From: Eledone cirrhosa
Taxonomy: Eukaryota
Assembly (NCBI GenBank): GCA_964016885.1
Contig: OZ024740.1
Coordinates: 329,220,001-329,284,000 of the forward strand
Direction of reading: 5' to 3'
Length of the DNA: 64,000 nucleotides
Shown: positions 41,314 to 53,068 of the stretch, piece after piece
How positions within the stretch are numbered: the first letter of the stretch is position 1
Layout of the letters: each line of letters opens with the position of its first letter
Notes under the pieces: generated by a model
What the model was told of the DNA's origin: nothing
The model's input: the letters and a program-made list of their open reading frames with translations, nothing else
Databases searched by the model: none
Program-made: the position numbers and the translations under genes

Positions 41314-41769
41314 GGAGAGAGAGAGGGGGAGAGAAAGAGAAAGAGAAATATCAAGAGATTACTAATTTTTCAACACGCTGACGCGTATGTGCATGTGCAT
41401 ATACATACATCTATATGTATGAGTATATAACTATACTTGCGCAAAACACAGACAAACTTACAAAAATACATGCTCACGGACATACATTAACAAATACACA
41501 TACTTTCACACAAACACATACATACATTTACACAATCACAAATTCACACATACATTTCCACAAACACGCACATACACACAGTCGTTTTAGCAACGTTGGA
41601 TTAATTGGAAATGGAAAAAAAAGAAAAAATACACAAGCACGTAGTGCACACATTTAAGACCACATGGAATACAATTCAGTCGGCAGGGTGGACAAATGAA
41701 CCGCTTCCAGAACAAAAAATAACAATACAGCGAGGTGCACTGGGAAACCTCTCTACTAATTTTCGAGGC

Positions 41770-42130
41770 AAGCCAGAACACTCGCAGCGTTACCTTGGGT
41801 GGTGGCGAGACTGAGGTGCTGGAACAACCACGTGCCCTCACGAGCATCACAAATTACCTTTGTTTTGCGAGCCGCCAATGAAGATAAGAACTTCGCTGTC
41901 AGTAGCACGACTTACCCAAACGTCTCGAACGCCACCGGCGGGATGATGTAGTTAGCTGACAGAACACGGTATTTTAGCATTTTGTCCTTTTCAGCTGCGG
42001 ATGCTGTAGCTCTCGCCCTTAACGCTGCATCCAGGATATGGGAAGAAGCAAAAGAGTAATTAACTGTGACGTCCCAGATAAGGCACCTGCCTCTTGACCA
42101 GGAGCACATAATAAGACCGTCAAGTCTTAT
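41770..42130 (-). mobile_element. CRE-like LINE 3' fragment (restriction-like endonuclease)
   Basis: RLDGL..WSRGRCLIWDVTV..AASAAEKDK..KY..PVAFETFG and WLFQHLSLATTQGNAASVL. Confidence 0.75.
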
Positions 42131-42349
42131 TCTGTGCTGCTTAAGAAATCTTAAGTGGTAATAGGAGATATGTGTGTACGTGCGCGCGCGTGAGTTTATC
42201 GGCGTTCTTAAATTAAAGACGTATGCGTGTGTCACTGTTTTTAAGTTAGAGACATATATAAGTGTGTATCCCTTTCCTGCCTTTTACACACACATACATT
42301 CATACAAACACACATACACATTGTGTGGCGGACGAATGGAAAGAAGTCC

Positions 42350-42957
42350 CTCAAATTTATATACTTGTGAATGGACTTCTACTGAGGCAGGCAGAGAAGT
42401 TCAAGTGTCTCGGGGCCGTGTTCATGAGTGATGGAATGCAGGAGGCTTAATTAAGTGCAATAATTGCAAAAGCTGGTGCAGTAATGCGTCAGCTTCAGCA
42501 TCAGTAATCAGAAGGGAGGTAGGTGTAAAATCCAAACTCGTCTTCATTACCGTAATGACCGAAAGAATACAATTGCAAATAAAAGCGGCAGAAATCGGAT
42601 TCCTCCGAAGGGTCTTTGGAGAGACGTTACTCGATAAAGTGCATAACTCAGAGACCTCGTAGAGCCGCTATTACTCCGAATTGAGAGATCACAACTCCGA
42701 TAATGTGGGCATGTGGTTAGAATGTCTTAGTAAAGAATCGCAGGACAGATTTTACAGGCAAAACCAACCGGCAAGAGACCCAGGGGTAGACCCTGAGCAA
42801 GATAGTTCAATAACACCCATGAGATTGGTTGGTCACGCTTTGGGATGCAGCAGGATCAGTTAGAGATGTTTGCTTCTGACAGACTCGCTGAAAGGAGTGT
42901 TTAAGAAGGACTCTGGCCCCACGACCCTCTGAGATATAAGTGGTCGAAGAAGAAGAT
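42350..42957 (+). mobile_element. RTE-clade LINE 3' fragment, decayed
   Basis: QAEKFKCLGAVFMSDG; AAEIGFLRRVFG; EPLLLRIERSQLR; GKRPRGRP; short GAA tail. Confidence 0.7.
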
Positions 42958-43169
42958 ATTGTCAATTTACATTTTAATTTACATGTATCTATATGCATAT
43001 ATATTTGGGTATAGTACCAATATGCACACTACATATGCTAGAGAAAACCGACCTTATGGTGGTTTTTATGCTAGTAAATATAAACGTTGTACCAGGAAAA
43101 TTTTTGAAAAACTAGGCATGAAGATGTGGTCAGAAGAAGAATTTATTGTATATATATATATATATATAA

Positions 43170-43272
43170 TGTAGGAGGTGAGTTTTATTGTAGTACAATA
43201 AAGCAATGCAGATATCGGATAAGAAATGCGCATAATAAAATACATGGAACTCTTTTAACCATCTTTTAATCT

Positions 43273-43280
<8 letters not shown>
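43170..43280. mobile_element. Mini inverted PLE insertion of the 48.7k/56.5k family
   Basis: Minus-sense tail (GGAGGTGAG...GATAAG) joined to plus-sense GAAATGCGCATAATAAAA (HHR 3' half), within (TA)n. Confidence 0.7.
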
Positions 43281-43326
<46 letters not shown>

Positions 43327-43405
43327 TTATTAAAATAACAGATTAAAGTTTATATTTATCCTTATCGAGCCCTCTTTGGATTTTAGTCTTCAAGTTTATT
43401 ATTAT

Positions 43406-43460
<55 letters not shown>

Positions 43461-43619
43461 ACATACTACTGTACGTCTGTATACATATATGTATGTACGT
43501 ATACATTCATACTTACATTTAAGTAAGTGCCGTACAAAGAGTGAGCAATGTAATATTGTGAAGAGTACTCAACCCATCTTCGTTTGCGTAGTTGGTGGTG
43601 CGAATACGGAGTTATTATA

Positions 43620-43980
43620 AATAAAATAAAATAACAGGAGGCTGGACTGGTGTAAATCCTTGAAAGGTTTATTATACTATGACCGGGTTCCATATGAATC
43701 CGGTGATATCATTAGGTATTGGAATATAACAAAGGAATATGTAAAATTCAGTTGCCACCAGTTTGAGGGCGACTGGCCGAGCAGCTACTTGCTCAGTCGT
43801 CCTCTTTGTCTCTGTCTCTGATTTTTCGGACCCATGACTTTTTACATATTCCTTTGTTATATTCCAATACCTGATGATATCACCGGACTCATATGGAACC
43901 CGGTCATTGAAATGATCATAGTATAATAAACCTTTCAAGGATTTAGACCAGTCCAGCCTCCTGTTATTTTATTTTATTTT
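43620..43980. mobile_element. PLE-type fold-back cassette
   Basis: Arms ~43620-43746 and ~43840-43978; the left arm has a deleted and mutated HHR. Confidence 0.8.
43867..43924 (+). ncRNA. Type I hammerhead, intact core
   Basis: ATAC-CTGATGA-tATCACCGG...CCGGTCATt-GAAA-TGATCA-TA-GTAT. Confidence 0.8.
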
Positions 43981-44015
43981 ATTTATATATATATATATAT
44001 ATATTATAGATAATT

Positions 44016-44098
44016 AGGAATCAATAATGCATCAAACCACAATTTATTAACATATGAAATATGTTAATAAATTGTGGTTTGATGCATTGTTAATTCCT
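44016..44098. repeat. ~80-bp hairpin next to a PLE-like 3' piece
   Basis: AATGCATCAAACCACAATTTATTAACATAT-gaa-ATATGTTAATAAATTGTGGTTTGATGCATT. Confidence 0.8.
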
Positions 44099-44296
44099 CG
44101 TTTTCTATAACAATATACTCTGCTCTGCGCGAGCTTCGAGGGTACAGCCGGCATACCTCCTCCGGACGCATTTACCTGCAACCCTACAGCACCTATATAT
44201 ATACATATAGTGCTTCCCGGTAATTTCACCCGAATGAAACTGCTCTAGTCCTTTAGAAGCCTTTTCTATATTAATTATATATGTATACACACATAT

Positions 44297-44451
<155 letters not shown>

Positions 44452-44499
44452 GAAAGGTATAGAAATTGTTTTAGCGAGAAGCTAATAGTATTCTATAAC

Positions 44500-44532
<33 letters not shown>

Positions 44533-44936
44533 GTAATAATAATAAATTTGAAGACTAAAATCCAATTATATATATTATATATATATATATAAATCTGTGT
44601 GTGACATCGTGTGTGCGAGCGTGAGTATGTACGTATGTATTTATATATATATATGTGCACGCAAGTATCATTTTGTGTGTCCAACATTGCATGCAGATAT
44701 CTAGCCCCTAGAACATGTGATTGCACTGTTAGTTACATAACATACACACGCTCAAATACATAAATATATACATAAGTATAATTATATATCTTAATATACT
44801 TATCTCGCTTACACATCTCATCTACGTGTGAACTTCTGTCAGGTTTTCCCAGAGGACATCAACGACAATCTCCACTAACTTTTCTTGCTGTGAAAGAAAA
44901 CAGATATGATTCTAAAAAAATGTGACTGTCTGGTTG

Positions 44937-45000
<64 letters not shown>

Positions 45001-45005
<5 letters not shown>

Positions 45006-45210
45006 AACGAGTAGGACCCCGACGGCTGAGCTCAAGCCATTTCGACGGCTAATTCTGGACTAATTGCGTCCAGAATTAGCAGCCGAAACGGCTTGAGCTC
45101 AGCGGTCGGGGTCCTACTCGTTCCTATTACCCACTCTACTACCCTAAGTATTGAGTACTTTGGTGCGTTATGGTCCACCTGGTTCCTTCCCACATTTCCT
45201 TCGTTATATA
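45001..45210 (+). mobile_element. Short fold-back PLE 3'-end element carrying an HHR 3' half (copies also at 46697-46875, 47104-47225, 59954-60148)
   Basis: Family sense sequence GAAA-CGGCT tgagctc AGCTG-TC-GGGGTCC...CCTTCGTT(TA)n with an inverted partial copy. Confidence 0.75.
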
Positions 45211-45217
45211 TATATAT

Positions 45218-46614
45218 CATCATCATCATCATCAACGTTTAACGTCCGTGTTCCACGCTTGCATGGGTTTGGACGGGGGTAGTCCCACTTGAGGCAAGAG
45301 TGATTGTCTTGCTCGCATAGGACTGTCTGGCAGGTTTTCTACAGTTGGATGCCCTTCCTAACACCAACCACATTTACAGTGTGTATCTGGGAGGTTTTTA
45401 CCGTGTTGCCTACACGGCCACATTACAGCGTGGACTGTGTGTTTTTTGTCGTGACACCTACACGATCTCATTTGTTTCGGCCTGGATGGCGCGGCACCAA
45501 CATAACTTTACATAGAACGGGGTGGTGTGGATGGGGTGGGGGTGGTGGTGGTGGGACGGGGTGTATTTTGTTAGAGATGCCTACTGGCTGGAGTAGGTTT
45601 TACTATATATTTAGGTAAGGCGGGTCTTCTCTGTTACTGAGTACCGCCAAAGGTCTCGGTCCAGTGACATTGTCTTGGAGAGGTGTAAGTGTGTGATGTC
45701 GGAGTTTATCAGCTCGTCCCAGGTTTTTCTAGGTCTGCCTATTCCGTGACTACCGTCTATCTTTATTGCCCTGCACTTTGTTATACAGCTATCGACTTTC
45801 ATGCGCATCACGTGTCCATACCAACGTAGCCTTCTCTCGAGTAAACAACATCTGATCCCTCTCATCTCTAATTTTTTCCTTAGTTCGTTTATGCTTTGCC
45901 GTTCACGTATATTACTGTTACACATCCAGCGGAGCATGCAAGCTTCGTTCCTCTCTAGTCTGCGTATATCCTCTGCACACAATGCCCAGGTCTCACTGCC
46001 ATGCAGCATTGCTGTTCGTATGCAGGCATCGTACAACCTGCCTTTCATTTTTAGGGAGAACCCTTTAGCAGCTAATAGTGGTTTAAGCTCTCTGAACTTT
46101 TTCCAACCAGTTCTGACTCTAGCTACAGTACTTTCAGAGCACCCTCCCCCACTGCTGATTTTGTCACCCAGGTAACGGAAGCTGTCCACTATTTCTATAG
46201 AACCCTCTGCGCAATTGAAAGAGCTAGTATTTTGTGGGCACTTGCTGCTACTTATTGCATCAGAACACCGGCCACATGTAAAATCTATGTTCTTAGCTTA
46301 CCTGTGATCCCACTACATCTTTTATGCACCCATACTTTGCATTTAGGACATAAAATGGAGTTTCTACCTACGCCTTTCCTACACACCGAGCACGACCATT
46401 TCCCAGAAGGGATCGCCGCCTTGTTTTCTTTCCTACAAACTAGAACTTTGGTCTTAGCCAGGTTAATTTTAAGTCCTTTTGACTCTAGGCCGTGCTTCCA
46501 TGTTTGGAATTTCTTCTCTAGCTCGGCCATTGATTCCGCTATGAGTGTCAGGTCGTCTGCGTATAGGAGTTCCCATGGGCAGCCTGTCTTGAACTCCTCT
46601 GTTATAGCCTGAAG

Positions 46615-46618
<4 letters not shown>
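45218..46618 (-). mobile_element. RTE-clade LINE, 5'-truncated, with a Cys/His finger inside the RT C-terminal region and an (ATG)n tail
   Basis: ELLYADDL, GLKINLAKTKV, CSVC..CPKC..VHKRC..CGRC, FRYLGD, HGSETW, RRLRWYGHVMRM, GRPRKTW; 3' UTR GGATGCCCTTCC motif. Confidence 0.88.
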
Positions 46619-46696
<78 letters not shown>

Positions 46697-46698
<2 letters not shown>

Positions 46699-46875
46699 CG
46701 AAGGAAATGTGGTAAGGAACCAGGTGGACCATAACGCACCAAAGTACTCAATACTTGAGGTAGTAGAGTGGGTAATAGGAACCAGTAAGACCCCGACAGC
46801 TGAGCTCAAGCCGTTTCAACGGAATTAGCCGTCGAAACGGCTTGAGCTCAGCTGTCGGGGTCTTACTGGTTCCTA
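46697..46875 (-). mobile_element. Fold-back PLE 3'-end element (45.0k family)
   Basis: Turns at GTTTCAACG/GAATTAGCCGTCGAAAC; (TA)n flanks. Confidence 0.75.
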
Positions 46876-46983
46876 TATATATATATATATACGTCTATAT
46901 ATATATGTCTGTATGTATGTATATATATATACATACGTCTATATATATATATGTAGGTATATATATATACGTCTATATATATC

Positions 46984-47021
<38 letters not shown>

Positions 47022-47103
47022 CATGTATATATACATCTATATGTATATATGTATATATCAATCTATATATATATGTATATATATATATATATATACATAT
47101 ATA

Positions 47104-47225
47104 TAACGAAGGAAATGTTGTAAGGAACCAGGTGGACCATAACGCACCAAAGTACTCAATACTTAGGGTAATAGAGTGGGTAATAGGAACGAGTAGGACC
47201 CCCCAGGGGTCCTACTCGTTCCTAT
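47104..47225 (-). mobile_element. Fold-back PLE 3'-end element truncated at the predicted HHR cleavage site
   Basis: GAGTAGGACCCC-cca-GGGGTCCTACTC. Confidence 0.75.
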
Positions 47226-47427
47226 ATATATATATATATATATATATCGACATATATATATATGTCGAGGCTTCCAAACGACTTAAATATATTTACCTAT
47301 TATTCCACAATGCTTCAAGCAAACTTCAATACTCTCTTATATATATATATATACATATATATATATGTATATATATATGTATATATATATGTAAGTATGT
47401 TTTGAACAAGTGAGCAGGTTTGAAATT

Positions 47428-47545
47428 AGAAAATAGAATAGCTTTCACCGTATTTTTGACTAAAGGAATTTTAGCCTCATAATGGAGTTATCATGCTAAC
47501 ATTCCTTTAGTCAAAAATACGGTGAAAGCTATTCTATTTTCTACT
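47428..47545. repeat. Palindrome related to 24442-24690, ending in GAAA-GC-TA (possible HHR 3' half)
   Basis: AGAATAGCTTTCACCGTATTTTTGACTAAAGGAAT...ATTCCTTTAGTCAAAAATACGGTGAAAGCTATTCT. Confidence 0.75.
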
Positions 47546-47617
47546 ATATATAAATATATATATTATAAAGTAAGAAGAAATAATAGACACAAATATATAT
47601 CTATTTTTTCTTCAACG

Positions 47618-47708
47618 TCCCGACTGTACAGTTTCGCTGGTCAGTATGCACAAATCTTATATCATAGAGATGTAACATTGTTGTGAGCTAAGCCAGCTTT
47701 TCAAGGGA
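47618..47708 (-). ncRNA. Type I hammerhead, U3-A8 variant, long stem II
   Basis: TCCC-TTGAAAA-GCTGG...CCAGC-GAAA-CTGTACAG-TC-GGGA; GUC triplet. Confidence 0.75.
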
Positions 47709-47949
47709 TCACCTCAGGGAAGGGCCCTAACTAGACACGTCCGTAGCTTGCGAGAAAATCTCAAAAAGGCGGAGGGTGGCTCTATCACGTGATGCACCGG
47801 TCAAAAAAGGGGACTAAATCCCTTGTAGTAATGAAAAATATCTCAGAAGGTGGAGAGGGATATTAATATGATACAGAGGGTGGTAAGGTTGACTCGAAGT
47901 GAACGGGACATTGAAGAAAAAATAGGTATTTATTTATGTCTATTATTTC

Positions 47950-48128
47950 TTGGCAGTATCGGTAGAGGGTCGGACATGCTTCCCAGCATAGTTACGTCCC
48001 TTTACGATCTGAGTTCAAATCCCGCCGAGGTTAACTTTGCCTTTCATCCTTACGGGGTCGATAAAATAAAGTACCAGTAATGTACTGGCATACTTGCTGG
48101 CCTTGTGCCAAAAGTAGAAACAATTATT
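47950..48128 (+). mobile_element. tRNA-derived SINE, variant A, inserted in an inverted PLE arm
   Basis: TGGCAGTATCGG A box, GTTCAAATCC B box, ATTATTTCTT target duplication. Confidence 0.9.
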
Positions 48129-48326
48129 TCTTCTTACTTTATAATATTTTACATAGCTCTGATATTGTGTCAATTTAATTATTTCGATCATCTTGTCTCT
48201 CATAATCATAGAGCAACACTGGTTAAGGTCGACGACACACAATCTCAAATACTTGTGAAAAATTATGTTTATATATACATGTATATGTATGTACGCACAT
48301 ATATCTGTGTACCTCTCACGCACTGA

Positions 48327-48454
48327 TTTGACGCATAGAGTTACGGCCCTTGCTATTCTGAGTTCAAATCCCGCCGAGGTTAACTTTGCCTTTCATCCTT
48401 ACAGTAATGCACTGGGTGATTGCTGGCCTTGTGCCAAAAGTAGAAACAATTATT
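48327..48454 (+). mobile_element. tRNA-derived SINE, variant B, partial
   Basis: B box, partially deleted core and tail. Confidence 0.85.
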
Positions 48455-48476
48455 ATATATATATATATATGTATCC

Positions 48477-48600
<124 letters not shown>

Positions 48601-48604
48601 GCAT

Positions 48605-48662
<58 letters not shown>

Positions 48663-48665
<3 letters not shown>

Positions 48666-49088
48666 ATATAAGATCAAAAGATGGTTAAAGGAGTTCCATG
48701 TATTTTATTATGCGCATTTCAAAAACAAACATCATCATGCAATAATATTTGTGTTTTCATCAGATAAAACAGGAGAACATGATATGAAGGCTAAAAAACA
48801 CTTGTGGATAGTGCAGTTTTAAATCAACATATATGTTGATTTAAAACTGCGCTATCCACAAGTGTTTTTTAGCCTTCATATCATGTTCTCCTGTTTTATC
48901 TGATGAAAACACAAATATTATTGCATGATGATGTTTGTTTTTGAAATGCGCATAATAAAATACATGGAACTCCTTTAACCATCTTTTGATCTTATATTAT
49001 GTATACTCCAGTCCTACAAACTGTAGAGTGCTTCTTATCCGATATCTGAATTGCTTTATTGTACTACAATAAAACTCATCTCCTACAT
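48663..49088. mobile_element. Near-perfect ~340-bp palindrome of a PLE pseudo-LTR plus unique tail
   Basis: Centre CAACATATATGTTG at ~48831; same family as 56470-59060. Confidence 0.85.
48894..48960 (+). ncRNA. Type I hammerhead, intact core (copies at 48703-48769 minus, 56595-56661 minus, 58958-59024 plus)
   Basis: TTTTAT-CTGATGA-AAACACAAATATTATT gcat GATGATGTTTGTTTTT-GAAA-TGCGCA-TA-ATAAAA. Confidence 0.8.
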
Positions 49089-49197
49089 TATATATATATA
49101 TATATATAGTGTTAATGAATAAAACTAAAATGTTCTACACCAATGATAAGTGGGATTTATTTATATTCTGCGTAAACTTCTTTAAATATTTATATAT

Positions 49198-49380
49198 AAC
49201 TGTTTCTACTTTAGGGACAAGGCCAGCAATTAACCAGTGCATTACTGGTACTTTATTTTATCGACCCCGTAAGGATGAAAGGCAAAGTCAACCTCGGCGG
49301 GATTTGAACTCAGATCGTAAAGGGACGTAACTATGCTGGAAAGCATGGTGTCTGAACCTCTACCGATACTGCCAATCCAC
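49198..49380 (-). mobile_element. tRNA-derived SINE, variant A
   Basis: Full head, core and tail. Confidence 0.9.
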
Positions 49381-49546
49381 AACGAAACCTTAATATAGAA
49401 AATGTTTGCACAATTTTAGGCAGTAGAAGTCTTTTCCATGTTAAATATTTGTTGTTCTCACCCATCAACGAATATTAGCATCAGTCTAGATTGGTGGTAA
49501 GGATGACGATTATGATGATGTTGATTATGATGGTGATGATGATGGC

Positions 49547-49577
<31 letters not shown>

Positions 49578-50079
49578 GGGGTAGGGGTGGTAATGGTGGT
49601 GGTGATGGCGATGTGTTATTGGTGCCTGCTATTGTCGTCGTTACGGTAAAGAGAATAGTAGCCGTTATCATCCCGGTAGATGTTATCGTCGTCTTCATCA
49701 TGGTGACAAAAATATACTAGGGTACTCTGTACTTTGAATCACATTTTAATATGTCTCTACTACCTTGTAATAATTTAACATCATGCTACTGTTTAGAGTC
49801 TTTGTAAATTATATTTTACCTTATTGAAAATATTTTTGTCTTCAGAATTTCTATCCTATTGCTATATAATATTATTGTATCAATTATTCATCTTTATGAA
49901 ATAAAGTTCGCAAAAATATCACAGATAGCAGCTGAAGACTGTTTACATTTTCTTACAGAAGTGTATTGTATAAATAACATAACGCTACTTCTTTTTCAGA
50001 TGAGATAAAATTATATCCCTACTAAGACGTTTCGTTTTCGACACCAATTCTACAAATGTTGACATGTTACGAAACTCAG

Positions 50080-50510
50080 TTCCAACAAACGGGGTCATAA
50101 AGCATCGTTTGGACGCTGCACGCTTCCCTTCCCAGCTCGAGCCGGTGGGGCTGGACCGAGGGGAAGGCAAAAGGCCAGATGGCATGACCATCTTCCCGTT
50201 CCGCGGTGGCAAACCTCTCGTCTGGGATGCCACTTGTACCGAAACTTTCTGCAGTCGCAACCTGGTGTAGTCTGCGACTAACCCAGGTTCTGCTGCACGT
50301 CGGGCTGAGGAGGCCAAGCTCCTCAAATACCAATCGCTCTCCAACAGGTTTGCGGTTGTACGCTTGGCAGTGGAGACTTGTGTCCTCGGCCCTAGGGTAC
50401 CTCCCTACTCATCTGGCCAGCCCCAGGTGTGAGCCCCGCGAGTTGGAGTGACTTATCCAGCGCGTCAAACTTGTCCGTCCTCCGGGAAAAATACCTCCTC
50501 CATTCTGTCC
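50080..50510 (+). mobile_element. CRE-like LINE RLE fragment
   Basis: LEPVGLDRGEGKRPDGMTIFPFRGGKPLVWDATC..GSAARRAEEAKLLKY..LAVET. Confidence 0.8.
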
Positions 50511-52526
50511 GCCGGTGTTGTGTTGGTGATGGCATCACGTATCATTCCACTGAATCAATTTTTTTAATTTACTGCTGGAAAGGCAAGTTTTCAGTTGTGA
50601 CTTTAACAAGTGAGTGCTCGTCACAAACGACAGAATATCTATCACTAGTTTATAATTAGTCTATGAATGTTCAGTGCGTTAAATAGCGTAATACTACTTT
50701 GTCTATATGTTAAATAAGTGGGAGTTGGAAAAAATAATTTCCTCTCATCCAGAGAGTCAGAATTAACGTGTAGGTTGTGTTGCAATATTCTATCAAAGAT
50801 TGACATAGAAAATTGAGTGAATGCCTGGTAAATAACGTTAATATAACAAATATAATCATCTACACTACAATTTCTTGTAAAGTATGAGGTTGAAAGTATT
50901 CTATCATATATGTCCTGATAGCAGGTGTATCTAGGATGTGAGATGGCTTTAACATGTGCTAATTTAATTCATCTGTAGAGTAGAATTTATATTAGACTGA
51001 ATATGAAAAAGTGAAATTAAAATGCACGATATATCTAATAAATCTGGGATTTACTGTCAATGATAGAAAAGTAATTTCATCAAAGGTTCCTTCATAAATC
51101 ATCTAATATAATGTAATTTACTATATAATGAGTTTTCTAAACATAATATTACATTAAAAAAATGATATTTTATTACTCTATGTTTTATCTTTTTACAAAG
51201 CTATACGACCAGGTTTTAGACTGAGTAGCCAAAATGTGAATATATTATATGTTTTTTCTTTATTCCAGATAGGATGTACCTATGGCCACATTATCAATAG
51301 TGCACTTTCTATTTTTAGGCGACTGTATTTGATTTGTGGAAAGTTATAACATAGAAGCTCTCTTTTTGGTCGACATATATGGATATATAAGATGGGTTAA
51401 AAGCCAAATATTAATTATGGTGCTCTGGTACGAATTTAGTGTCATTTTATTGATTCCCACCGGAATAATAACATTTCTCATCGATTCACCAGTTCAAATG
51501 TCTCTATAACTGAGTGATAATCTTGTTCATTATTCTTTGCTTTATTTATATTTAATTTATTTGAAAATTGTGATAGTAAGTACGTTGCAGTAAATTAAAC
51601 TAATTTGCAATTAATTGATTAATTATTTATTTCAAAAATATCTAGGGAATATATAATATTCTTTAAATAAGTTCATATTCTAAGACTCTAATAATTTATT
51701 TCTAATTCCTATAAAATTGATGGGTGAGACGCATTACGTTTTCAAAGACACATTGACTTAGGCAGATTTCTCTGTTTTAGCATCATATTTAACTATTAAT
51801 TTTTAGCTTCTAGTCGGCCCTTATAAAATGGATTTATGATCAAGGAGGTTCCAGCATTGTTCATAACTTACATTTAGCAGGTAATATATGCCCTCAATAC
51901 ATTATTCTATGTTTCCATAATAAGACAGCAGAAGCTGATTAGGTCGATTGCCCAGGTGAAATTTCACTTTTAGTTCTAATGCAGTTCAAAGACATTTGGC
52001 AATTTTAATAGAATTAGAGACATTACACACAGTGGACATAGCAAATGATGTTAGGGAAAAATGAATCAGAGGCCGTTGACTACTGTCATATTAAACCATT
52101 TAATCCTGTACTTAGAATTAAGTTAACATGATTATTGAAATATTTGTAACACATTGCACAACGAGATAAATAGGAATGTATAATCTCCATTAAGATCATT
52201 AAATATCCCACAGACTAATTAGGAATGAAAATATTTTGATCATATTTAATTACACCGTGTTCAAGTACATATAGGAAAAACCATAAATCAACAACGAAGA
52301 TATTATAGTAATAAAAGTCTTTCTATGACTAATTATATCGATCCAAGAACAGTTATCAGTGCAACAAAATTCTAAAGCTGCAAAAATAGTGGTTTCTAGT
52401 GTACTAAAAGTAACCTGAAAACATATACGTCTTACAATAATGGAGAATTTTTGGTGAAAGATTTGTTGTCACCAATTTGTTTGAAGATGTAAATTCCAGT
52501 TTAGCGGAGAAGTATATTTCAGAAGT

Positions 52527-52962
52527 TGTAATGTTGCCACGAGGAACCAGGTTTGGTAGAGAGATATGATAGGAATATCAACAACGACTTTAGCTTGGTT
52601 TTACATTATTTATTAACAGAGGTTGAGCTGGCATGCCAAGAGAAATGAAATAATTCAATTAAGATTACAAGAGAAAATACGGGCGACTGGCTGAAGGCGT
52701 TTGGCCAGGCTCGTCGGTAATGTTTTGTCGTTACATATTGTTTGCGCTGGCGGAGCAAAAGAACAAGCGGTTTTTACTTAGCATGGAAGTCCTCTAGCCT
52801 GCAAGTCCTCTAGCCTGCAAGTGGTGGTGTCTTCAAATCTTTGCGGGCTATTTGTCCCTCAGAACACGTAGGGATACATCCTCTTCTCCTGGCGCTGATT
52901 GGCTGAGCTGAGCCAATTCACGCACAGAGAATGTGTGAGTCCGCGGAATGTAGGTCACTACA
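52527..52962 (-). mobile_element. Possible solo LTR
   Basis: TGTAATG...CACTACA inverted ends, AATAAA on the minus strand, CCAAT boxes, GC richer than flanks; no TSD seen. Confidence 0.4.
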
Positions 52963-53068
52963 TCTTAAATGTTTCATAATGGAACGAAAGCTGCTAATTT
53001 GTACTTCAGATATGCAGGAAATGTGGTATGTATGTATGCATATGCATATATATACATATATATATATA

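Noticed and set aside
45001-47225. Repeated ~110-bp units resembling an array or CRISPR
   Set aside because: Eukaryotic context, irregular spacing and no spacers or cas genes; explained as PLE 3' ends.
51255-51440. Polypyrimidine-CAG acceptor suggesting a host exon
   Set aside because: Frames close quickly, with no recognisable protein and no supported donor site.
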